Below the pieces are notes generated by a model that searched no databases, was not told the origin of the DNA, and was given only the letters and a program-made list of their open reading frames with translations. The position numbers and the translations under genes were made by a program. From a virus, in the IMG/VR virus record IMGVR_UViG_3300046167_000921, positions 64,001 to 128,000 of that record: 64,000 bases of DNA, one strand, 5' to 3'. Positions 27,041-34,769 of this stretch are shown here, piece by piece (the stretch's first letter is position 1; every line of letters starts with the position of its first letter).

Positions 27041-28111
27041 ACGAGAAAGGAGGTGGGTGAGGTCGGGTGGGAGACTATTGGCTAGATGGTAGTTTTTGGT
27101 TAAGAGGAGCTGCTCTAGGGTCAGATTTCTAGCCCCTTTGAGGTTCGCACCCTCAAGGTCAGCTCCTGTGAGCTTCGCGTCTCTGAGGTCAGCCTTTGTG
27201 AGGTCAGCCCCACGAAGGTCAGCCCGTCTGAGGTATACCCCTCTGAGGTCAGCCCCTATGAACTTTGCCTCTCTGAGATCAGCCTCTATGAGGTTAGCAC
27301 CTTCGAGGTCTGTTCCTTCGAGGTAAGCCCCTGTGAGATCAGCCCCCCTGAGCTTCGCCTTTATGAGGTCAGCCCGCTGGAGGTTCGCCCTACTGAGGTC
27401 AGCTCCCGTGAGGTTCGCACCCTCAAGGTCAGCACCACTGAGGTTAGCACCACTGAGGTTAGCACCCTCAAGGTCTTTTTCCCCAGATCGGGCTAAAGTC
27501 TCCCAGCTTGAAAACATCCTTTTTACACGATCAATGACCCCCGCTTCCCTCTCAAGGGAAGCGACTCTTAACTCAAGTTCTTGTAGGGTCTCTCTCTGGA
27601 GCTGGTTGAGCATCTTAGATGCGTCACTCCCTCTCTTAACAGGATTTTTAGGCTTCCTCTTTCCTCCGACCCTTTCAACAGAAAGGGTCTTCCCTTTCCA
27701 ATCATAAGTGATCACTATCTTTCTTTTTCGAGGACCTGGAGACCCGATGATCTCAATGTAATCAAAACGCTGAGTAACCATCTTTATATCGAGAGTATTT
27801 ATTTGAAGTTTTAAGCTACGCAAAGCGTCATCAATACGATCATCTAAATCAGCCCAATTCTCGTCTACCTCGCTCCTATCGGCAATGAAGATTGCGATGT
27901 CTTCTGTTGTAGCGTGTTGCGGAAGACCAACCTTGCTCGCTCTTTTTACCTCTTTTCGGGTTCTCTCCTCTACCGTCTCACCCTTGTGGGAGAATTGGTC
28001 AGAAATAGACAGAGGTATCCCTCCTGCATTCTTGAGATGAGTTCCTGTCAGATCTGCATCTCCAAGTTTCGCACCTTCAAGTGCTCTTTTTACGTCATTT
28101 GGATTAGCCAT
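27038..28111 (-). CDS. Chimeric pentapeptide-repeat protein
   Basis: About 20 A(D/N)Lxx repeats in the C-terminal part. N-terminus homologous to 28162..28899. Confidence 0.9.
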   Translation of the reverse strand: MANPNDVKRALEGAKLGDADLTGTHLKNAGGIPLSISDQFSHKGETVEERTRKEVKRASKVGLPQHATTEDIAIFIADRSEVDENWADLDDRIDDALRSLKLQINTLDIKMVTQRFDYIEIIGSPGPRKRKIVITYDWKGKTLSVERVGGKRKPKNPVKRGSDASKMLNQLQRETLQELELRVASLEREAGVIDRVKRMFSSWETLARSGEKDLEGANLSGANLSGADLEGANLTGADLSRANLQRADLIKAKLRGADLTGAYLEGTDLEGANLIEADLREAKFIGADLRGVYLRRADLRGADLTKADLRDAKLTGADLEGANLKGARNLTLEQLLLTKNYHLANSLPPDLTHLLSR

Positions 28112-28112
28112 G

Positions 28113-28167
28113 ATTATGCTCCTTGTTACTTGTGTTCACAAAGAGAGGCTCGATAGAGAAACTATCG
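28113..28167. repeat. 55-bp exact direct repeat, copy 1 (promoter motif + RBS)
   Basis: attatgctccttgttacttgtgttcacaaagagaggctcgatagagaaactatcg, identical to 28901-28955. Contains TAG-TTTCTC-TAT (minus) and AAGGAG. Confidence 0.95.
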
Positions 28168-28899
28168 GTTGAGATCCTTCTTCAAGGCTTTGATCTCTCT
28201 TTGAAGCTCTCTATTCATCCGAGAAGCTACGCGGATCTGAGAAGCTTTGCGACCTCCCTTTTCCTCTTTCTCTCTGCGGGCTTTTTCTTCGACCGTCTCT
28301 CCCTTGTGGGGGAATTTATCAGAGATAGACAGAGGTATGCCTTTCGCATCTGATAGACCCGCACCTGATAGATCCGCACCTCTGAGTTTAGCTTTTCTGA
28401 GATCCGCCTCAATGAGATCCGCACCTAGGAGCTTCGCACCTCTGAGATCCGCTCTTACTAGCTTCGCACCTGTTAGATCCGCACCTGTGAGTTTAGCATC
28501 CTTAAGATTCGCATCTGTGAGATTCCCACCGCCAAGTTTCGCACCTGCGAGTTTAGCATTCCAGAGATACGCATTTCTGAGATCCGCATTTGTGAGATCC
28601 GCACCCTCAAGATTCGCGTCCTCAAGATTCGCACCCTTGAGATCCGCATCTATGAGAACCGCTCCTATAAGTTTCGCACCAAAAAGATTCGCTCCTGTTA
28701 GATCCGCACCTGAGAGCTTCGCTCCTATAAGTTTCGCACCAAAAAGATTCGCTCCTGTTAGATCCGCACCTGAGAGCTTCGCACCGTCAAGATCCACACC
28801 TTCAAGATTCGCTTCAGTTAGATCCGCATTTCTGAGATCCGCACCTGATAGATTCCTATCACCCGCAAGTGCTCTTTTTACGTCATTTTTATTAGCCAT
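28162..28899 (-). CDS. Pentapeptide-repeat protein
   Basis: More than 30 consecutive A(D/N/K)Lxx repeats. Confidence 0.95.
   Translation of the reverse strand: MANKNDVKRALAGDRNLSGADLRNADLTEANLEGVDLDGAKLSGADLTGANLFGAKLIGAKLSGADLTGANLFGAKLIGAVLIDADLKGANLEDANLEGADLTNADLRNAYLWNAKLAGAKLGGGNLTDANLKDAKLTGADLTGAKLVRADLRGAKLLGADLIEADLRKAKLRGADLSGAGLSDAKGIPLSISDKFPHKGETVEEKARREKEEKGGRKASQIRVASRMNRELQREIKALKKDLNR
28661..28780. repeat. Exact 60-bp tandem duplication (four pentapeptide units)
   Basis: 28661-28720 is identical to 28721-28780. Confidence 0.95.
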
Positions 28900-28900
28900 A

Positions 28901-28955
28901 ATTATGCTCCTTGTTACTTGTGTTCACAAAGAGAGGCTCGATAGAGAAACTATCG
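28901..28955. repeat. 55-bp exact direct repeat, copy 2
   Basis: Identical to 28113-28167. Confidence 0.95.
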
Positions 28956-29046
28956 AGTCAGAGGGGCTTCGCACTCACAAGCTGATGCCGACTTTAAAGT
29001 AGTTATAGAAAGGTATATCTGAGAGATAAGTTATCTCAAACGCCCA

Positions 29047-30018
29047 TTATGCCGAGATATTTGACCAATCCCATTCGCCAACTAAACCATCAGCCGAATA
29101 TTGTGTAACCACCGACTCAAAGAAATTAGAGTGGTCATCGCCACTTACGACCCAATCAAGCCACTTGAGAGGGTTGGTCTTTTGACCAAAGATAGGCTTG
29201 AGTCCGAGTTGTAGAAGTCTACGGTCAGCAAGGTAACGAACATAGGTCTTAACCTCATGTGAAGTGAGCCCCTCAAGTTGAACGCCTCCGAATATCAAGT
29301 CCACCAGAGCATCTTCGAGTTCTACAGCCTTTTCATAGTTGGTGTAGATATAACTCTTGAGTTTATCTGTCACTACTCGCGGGTGTTCTTTGCAATACTC
29401 TTGGAAGAGCTTCGTCATCCCCTCAACGTGGATGCTTTCGTCACGAATCGACCATTCAACGATCTCGCACATCCCCTTCATCTTCCCAAACCTTTGGAAG
29501 TTGAGAAGCATGACAAAAGCAGAGAATAGGCTCATGCCTTCGTTACATACAGATCTCGCTAGCTCGAATGCGAGATGTGTTGCTTTCCCTAGCCCCTCTG
29601 GGGCATTGGTCATAAACTCAATCTTCTCACGCATAGCCTCAAACTCAAGAAAAGCAGAGTATTCCTTCTCTGCAAGTCCGAGTGTATCATTGAGGAGAGC
29701 ATATGCTCTCTGGTGTGTTCCTTCACGGTTGGCGAAGGAGAGCAGCATATTGCGGATCTCATTGTTTCTGAATGAGCTGATGAAGAGGTCACAATAGTTT
29801 CCTCCGACAGCTACGTCAGACTGAGTGAATATACGGAGAATCTGCGTGATGAAGTCTTTCTCTTCAGCAGTGAGTTTCCCACCCTTCCATTGGTTTACGT
29901 CTTCTTGGAGCTTTGCCTCCCAACTCCCCCAATGGATCTTCTCATGTTGTTCTGTTGTGATCATAGCCCAAGGGTATTTGAAGGGCTTAAATGTAGTGCT
30001 GTATTCAGTAAGGCTCAT
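29047..30018 (-). CDS. nrdB: Ribonucleotide reductase class Ia beta subunit
   Basis: FTQSD, EGTHQRAY, NEGMSLFSAF, WSIRDESIH, NFFE. Confidence 0.95.
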   Translation of the reverse strand: MSLTEYSTTFKPFKYPWAMITTEQHEKIHWGSWEAKLQEDVNQWKGGKLTAEEKDFITQILRIFTQSDVAVGGNYCDLFISSFRNNEIRNMLLSFANREGTHQRAYALLNDTLGLAEKEYSAFLEFEAMREKIEFMTNAPEGLGKATHLAFELARSVCNEGMSLFSAFVMLLNFQRFGKMKGMCEIVEWSIRDESIHVEGMTKLFQEYCKEHPRVVTDKLKSYIYTNYEKAVELEDALVDLIFGGVQLEGLTSHEVKTYVRYLADRRLLQLGLKPIFGQKTNPLKWLDWVVSGDDHSNFFESVVTQYSADGLVGEWDWSNISA

Positions 30019-30044
30019 TGTTACCTCTATCTGTTATTGAAGTC

Positions 30045-30136
30045 GCCCCAAACAAAAATCGACACCTGCGTTTGATTTCACAGGTGTCGATTTTGAGCGA
30101 CAGGATATCAAAGCTGTGTCTAGTATACAGCTTTCA
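30045..30136 (-). ncRNA. Candidate structured small RNA or attenuator leader upstream of nrdB
   Basis: Hairpin AAAGCTGT/ACAGCTTT (30110-30134) and 14-bp stem AAAATCGACACCTG/CAGGTGTCGATTTT (30055-30094) with U-tract. Promoter motif at 30137-30148. Confidence 0.4.
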
Positions 30137-30148
30137 ATATAAGAACTA
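30137..30148 (-). promoter_or_regulatory. Putative late promoter TAG-N6-TAT
   Basis: TAG-TTCTTA-TAT, not overlapping a stop codon. Confidence 0.45.
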
Positions 30149-30156
30149 TCGGGCGA

Positions 30157-30813
30157 CTAGGGAAGTTTCGGGTTGATCGTTCTAATCAGAGCCTCTAGCT
30201 TATCGTCGTTCTTCCAAGCAGAACGTGCTGAGATCTCATTCATGAAACCCGCTTCCATGAGTTCGTTTGCATAGACTCGAACTCTCTGAGGAGTAGAGTT
30301 CCAGCTCCCTGCACCGCTCACACCTTCTGTATAGTCATAGCTGGGCATGGGTACAGAAAACTCCCACGGAAGTTCGAACATGTCATCTCCCTTAGGACTC
30401 TTCCATCCAATTACAGTCTTCACCTTGCGGTTTGAAGAGAAGGGGAGGATCGGTTCATTAGCCAACAACTCATTGCTATACTTGGGCTTGATGCTTGGAG
30501 CAGTCGCAATCGTGATGTGAGGATACCGATTCGTCACATACGCGGAGAGCTTTGAAGGCACGTCAAGCAAGATCGCGAGAGCCTTGTCATCTAACACATA
30601 ACCCTTGATCTTCAGCTCAATTGAAGACCCAATCAGACCCTCAAGAGGAAGCAAGTTATTGGCGACGCTCTTCTTGTAGAATTCAATCGTCATGTGGTGA
30701 GCGTGTGTCGTCCAATCGCTTGGGACGGAGATACCTTGTCCTCCGAGCCACATGAGGAGGGCTTGTGGGTTGAGTACGACTGCTTGAGAGAAAAGTACTT
30801 TCGTCTTCTTCAT
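30157..30813 (-). CDS. 2H-phosphoesterase-family protein
   Basis: Two HxT motifs, HHMTI and PHITI, about 60 aa apart. Confidence 0.75.
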   Translation of the reverse strand: MKKTKVLFSQAVVLNPQALLMWLGGQGISVPSDWTTHAHHMTIEFYKKSVANNLLPLEGLIGSSIELKIKGYVLDDKALAILLDVPSKLSAYVTNRYPHITIATAPSIKPKYSNELLANEPILPFSSNRKVKTVIGWKSPKGDDMFELPWEFSVPMPSYDYTEGVSGAGSWNSTPQRVRVYANELMEAGFMNEISARSAWKNDDKLEALIRTINPKLP

Positions 30814-31103
30814 AACTTGCTCTTTCTTCTATAATATGACACGTCTAAGACTCGACAGATCTCCTTGAATAATTCTTCAAGTGACACATCGGCTTCAAAA
30901 AATAGGTCTTCCCCATCACCTACAAGGAAAGTGACCTTGTCTCTTCCCTCAACCATCTCTGCGTAGTAGGTCTTCTTGCAGTTGGCTTTTTTTATCTCGG
31001 CAAGAAGCTCGTCAAGAGTCCAATTGTGTTCTTTGCCCACTAAGCGATATGCGGGCATACCGTGCTTGCGAGTATCGTAGACTACAATCTTCAATTTGAC
31101 CAA
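30810..31103 (-). CDS. Hypothetical protein
   Basis: 97 aa, overlaps both neighbours. Confidence 0.55.
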   Translation of the reverse strand: MVKLKIVVYDTRKHGMPAYRLVGKEHNWTLDELLAEIKKANCKKTYYAEMVEGRDKVTFLVGDGEDLFFEADVSLEELFKEICRVLDVSYYRRKSKL

Positions 31104-31798
31104 TCCTCCAAAAGGGAATCGAGGTTTATATCATCGGTGTTAGTTCCGACATCCTCTAGAGAGATATTCTCAACTTGAACAGGTTGCAGATCCATCTGAG
31201 GGAGAGTTTTTGCAGGTGCTTTTGCGGTTGTCTCCAACAAATCCCCTAGAGTATCTTCGGACTTCTTCCCTGTTGAGTTGTCGAAGTCTGAAGAGATCAT
31301 CGTCTTCGTACCCCACCTCTGCCCTAAAGCGATCTGTTCCTGACAGAGCTTGAGCTGATCTCGAAGCCTGCCTTGCAGGTCTTTGAGGTCTGTTCTCTTG
31401 GCTTTGATCACTGTAATGAGATCTTCGAGGTCGTGAGACTTGAGAGTGAGATCGTTAATCTTAGACTGAATGTGTACAAGCCGAGTTCCAGCTAGGGCTT
31501 CTCGCTCTTTTTGGCTTCGACCCGAGCGGACATGTGGGTCGTGGGCAATCAACTGTGTCTGCTCGATGTTGTATTCCGTCTGTCTGATCAACAAGCCCCT
31601 CTTGATCTTCTGGAGGTTGTGAGACACCTCCATGAATATCCTCTCGGTCTTTGATAGATGACCTCGTACTTCGGAAGTCTTCCTGTTGAGTTTTGAAGGG
31701 CCGAACTCAATAGGATCGGCATCTAGTTGCAGATCCATACTTGTTAGTTGGCTGTATACTCTGTCGATATACTCTTGGTCAATGCTCATCTTTCTCAC
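31091..31798 (-). CDS. Coiled-coil hypothetical protein with acidic tail
   Basis: Heptad-rich, ends DDINLDSLLEDWSN. Confidence 0.7.
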   Translation of the reverse strand: MRKMSIDQEYIDRVYSQLTSMDLQLDADPIEFGPSKLNRKTSEVRGHLSKTERIFMEVSHNLQKIKRGLLIRQTEYNIEQTQLIAHDPHVRSGRSQKEREALAGTRLVHIQSKINDLTLKSHDLEDLITVIKAKRTDLKDLQGRLRDQLKLCQEQIALGQRWGTKTMISSDFDNSTGKKSEDTLGDLLETTAKAPAKTLPQMDLQPVQVENISLEDVGTNTDDINLDSLLEDWSN

Positions 31799-32099
31799 CT
31801 TCCAATAAGATCTTGTAGTTGTTGCTGATCTCTCTCATCTCGTTATTCATCTGATCCGCCGTGATCAGATGATTCGCAGCGGCTTGTTTGAGTGCGAGCT
31901 GGTTTACTTGAAGAGACAATAGGAGAGCCGCAACTCTTGACTCTTCTACGGTTAAACCCTCAGAGGGAAGATCCCCGTAAGAGGAAGTCAAGGACATAAA
32001 AACATCCCCCTCTCTGGTCTTGATTATTCGCGAACAGGCGATGGAGGACACTTTCTCTTTACTCTTAATCATCTCTATCTTGCTTTTAAGACTACTCAT
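31779..32099 (-). CDS. Hypothetical protein
   Basis: 106 aa, GGGAG RBS. Confidence 0.7.
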   Translation of the reverse strand: MSSLKSKIEMIKSKEKVSSIACSRIIKTREGDVFMSLTSSYGDLPSEGLTVEESRVAALLLSLQVNQLALKQAAANHLITADQMNNEMREISNNYKILLEGEKDEH

Positions 32100-32162
32100 T
32101 TTATTCTCCCTATGTGATTTGTTGTCACATCACTTATAGAAAGTGGCGAGAGCCATCGGCGT

Positions 32163-32294
32163 TTATTTGTCCGTATTGTTATACTTACCTGAGATGTACT
32201 TGTGGTGAGTATACAACACATAGAAACAGATCACGGAGAATGAGAGGGCAGATACTGAAAAAGCGAGGAGACAGATGTACATTAGAATTATCAT
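32163..32294 (-). CDS. Small single-TM protein (43 aa), below ORF-track cutoff
   Basis: TAATG coupling to upstream stop. MIILMYICLLAFSVSALSFSVICFYVLYTHHKYISGKYNNTDK. Confidence 0.55.
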   Translation of the reverse strand: MIILMYICLLAFSVSALSFSVICFYVLYTHHKYISGKYNNTDK

Positions 32295-32698
32295 TAAGTG
32301 AACTTCTTTACTGTCAAGACAGGGTCTATACCATCCACCTTAGTAGCCATTCTGTAGCGTTCTTTGTAAATCAGCCCCCCAAACTTGTCCTGCTTACTTT
32401 TACTCACTATCGTGTAGCTTTCCTCTCCCACATAAACTTTGAGTTGGTCTACAGTTTTCTTAATGAGTTCTTTATCTTGCTCTAGTTCTTCCTTGATTGG
32501 ATGATCTATGAGAGCTAAAACTCTGTTATGTAAGGTTCTTGCTTCAACTTCATCGACCCTATCAAGTAGAGTGTTCTTGTATTCCGAGACGCCTGATTCT
32601 CTAGTCCCCTTGATTATGCCTTTGTAGTTACCAAGAACAAGAGGGTCATACTCCACTCTACTCAGGAAACTTTCTCTAGGTACTTTTCTTGTAATCAT
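32294..32698 (-). CDS. Hypothetical protein
   Basis: 134 aa ORF. Confidence 0.6.
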   Translation of the reverse strand: MITRKVPRESFLSRVEYDPLVLGNYKGIIKGTRESGVSEYKNTLLDRVDEVEARTLHNRVLALIDHPIKEELEQDKELIKKTVDQLKVYVGEESYTIVSKSKQDKFGGLIYKERYRMATKVDGIDPVLTVKKFT

Positions 32699-33246
32699 AG
32701 TTATTAACTTTATTCTTCGAAGTCGTGTTACTTGTAGTGTTGTTATTCCTATAGTTGTTCTTATAAGTCTTCTTAGTATTAGTAGAAGTGTTCTTGTTAG
32801 TATTGTTAGTCTTTTTGTTCTAGATATTACACCTTCCGATACTACGTATCTTAACCTGTACTATCTATACTAGAGTCTTACATCTCTAGTAACTTATATG
32901 AAAGTTAGGTTAGTGCCTGATACATAGCAAGAGAGTTACTAGGGTTAGTTTCCTATCCTGATCCCAACGGAGTTATGAGACCTAGTCCTCTCCCTGAAGG
33001 CATACCCTTTTCCCAGAGGGAAGAGAGGGTATTTATGAGCCTCCTTACGAACGAACAGTTTTTTTTAGGCTAGGTGCGTACTACGACGTAGCTTATCCCA
33101 CCTAGTAGGCGTTACCTACCTCCCTGCCCTGTAAGAGGCTGGGGGACTGACTCCCCTTATACAACAAATCAGAGGCAGAGCAAGAAAAATATTTCAGCTC
33201 AGGCGTGTGGGGGAATCTATAAGAGCTGTAGAAAGTGAGGTGAGAT
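32699..33246. other. Largest non-coding stretch: strand-skewed TAG/GTT-rich tract plus hairpins (candidate origin or RNA)
   Basis: No ORF of 60 aa or more. Hairpins at 33002-33032, 33070-33105 and 33142-33156. Confidence 0.4.
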
Positions 33247-33837
33247 ATGATAATCATTCATCATGGGACAGGGGTAGAAAGCGGTTTAGCGGAGGTTCTT
33301 GAGGACAAGAACCTCGTAAAGCCCCCTTATGAAAACCTAAAGACAGACAATGTGCGAGATCTTGTGGATACGTTCTCGAAGATTTGGCCAATTAGTAACC
33401 CTGTGCTTGTAGCGGGGCCTCTTGATGAGGCAGACCCTTCAGTGCTGGATATTTTGCTGAAGAGGATTGAAGAACCCTTACAGGGATCTCCTGAGTTGGT
33501 TCTCTGGGCTAGAGACTATGGCACAGTGCCTCATACCATTAGATCTCGATGCGGAGAGCAGTATCATTATCAGCCTGTAGGTCAGCACACCCTGTATGAG
33601 CACGCTGAGAGTATGCTAGAAGCCGTTTTAAGCAATAACCTAGTAGGTATTACAGATATACTGAGAAGTGTCGAGGGGAAGCAATCTCGTGACTTTTTGG
33701 ATGCGTATGTGGAAGTGGTCTTAGAGAAAGGTGAGCTTCAGGTCTATGAAGCTCGTCTTAAAAGAGTGCTTCGCAGGAAGCGTGTGAGTCAAGTAGCCCT
33801 ATATGGTTATTTTTTAGGGGGTGTATCTTGTCCGTAA
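33247..33837 (+). CDS. holB: Clamp-loader delta-prime-like subunit (short, P-loop eroded)
   Basis: LDEADPSVLDILLKRIEEP...VPHTIRSRC (SRC motif). Confidence 0.75.
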   Translation: MIIIHHGTGVESGLAEVLEDKNLVKPPYENLKTDNVRDLVDTFSKIWPISNPVLVAGPLDEADPSVLDILLKRIEEPLQGSPELVLWARDYGTVPHTIRSRCGEQYHYQPVGQHTLYEHAESMLEAVLSNNLVGITDILRSVEGKQSRDFLDAYVEVVLEKGELQVYEARLKRVLRRKRVSQVALYGYFLGGVSCP

Positions 33838-34748
33838 TGGTTTTACATGGGAACAACAAAGGTTACTTACAGCTTCGCTCTACAGAGATCCTTCAAGAGT
33901 ATCGGGCGAATGGTTATGACGTTCGTGAGGTGGACTACAAGAGTAAGAACTCAGTACATGAGGCTTTCAGCTCAAGTATGTTTGAACTCAACCCTGTCTT
34001 GGTTTTGATCCACAACCCTACTAAGGTGAAGGGTCTAGCTACGTACTTGAAAGACCCTAAAGACAGAGAGGTTCTTGTTGTTTACGACAAGAGTTCTTTA
34101 CCGAAGCTGTTGAAGGGCTTCATGACTCAGACCTTGAATGAGCCGAAGTACGATAACGAGAAGAGGGAGTGGTACTCTAATTTCGTGAAGGAGTACGCGA
34201 AGAAGAGTGGCAAGACTATTTCTACGGATCTTTGTGTCGCTATTGTCAGCAAGGTCGGGAGAGATCTGGGTTTACTTAGATATGAGGTATTAAAGTATGT
34301 GACTTTAGCTGGGGATGAAGAGGAGATTTCACCGCGTATGGTTGCGGGGGTGTTCTGTGACCTTCAGGGTCCTGAATCTTCGGACTTGATTGATGCGGTT
34401 ATAAGACAAGATCGAAAGGGGTTCTTGAAGGTTTGTGGTCGCATAGAAAAAAGCTCTTCACAAGATCAGACGATGTCTGTATGTAATGGTCTGTTGTTTT
34501 ATACACTGAAGCAACTCCTCGATGTGTCTGTCCGCCTTGAAGACAAGAAATCTTCGGAAACTATCTCGGCAGAGCTTGGGAAGAATCCTTGGTTGGTAGA
34601 AAATATTTTAAGACCTCAAGCCCTTTCTTTGGGTCTCGGTAAGATTATCCTTTTGATAGGAGTTCTATATGAATGTGAAGACTCCGTTCTTAAGGGCTCT
34701 CGTAATCCTTGGGTCAAGTTTAAAACGAAGATGGTGAGTGTCTTATAG
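33837..34748 (+). CDS. holA: Clamp-loader delta-like subunit
   Basis: VLHGNNKGYL, FSSSMF, VGRDLGLLRYEVLKY, LGKNPWLV. About 300 aa, TAATG-coupled to the holB-like gene (alternative TTG start at 33828). Confidence 0.75.
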   Translation: MVLHGNNKGYLQLRSTEILQEYRANGYDVREVDYKSKNSVHEAFSSSMFELNPVLVLIHNPTKVKGLATYLKDPKDREVLVVYDKSSLPKLLKGFMTQTLNEPKYDNEKREWYSNFVKEYAKKSGKTISTDLCVAIVSKVGRDLGLLRYEVLKYVTLAGDEEEISPRMVAGVFCDLQGPESSDLIDAVIRQDRKGFLKVCGRIEKSSSQDQTMSVCNGLLFYTLKQLLDVSVRLEDKKSSETISAELGKNPWLVENILRPQALSLGLGKIILLIGVLYECEDSVLKGSRNPWVKFKTKMVSVL

Positions 34749-34769
34749 AGACACCGTAAGGAAATAAAT

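Noticed and set aside
27096-29002. Long plus-strand ORFs 27096..27326, 27333..27707 and 28247..29002 with RSAP repeats
   Set aside because: Antisense frames kept open by the 15-bp periodicity of pentapeptide codons, with no RBS
32675-32820. Asn/Thr/Lys-rich minus-strand frame resembling a replication-initiator linker
   Set aside because: It is bounded by TAG on both sides with no start codon, so it was treated as non-coding skew
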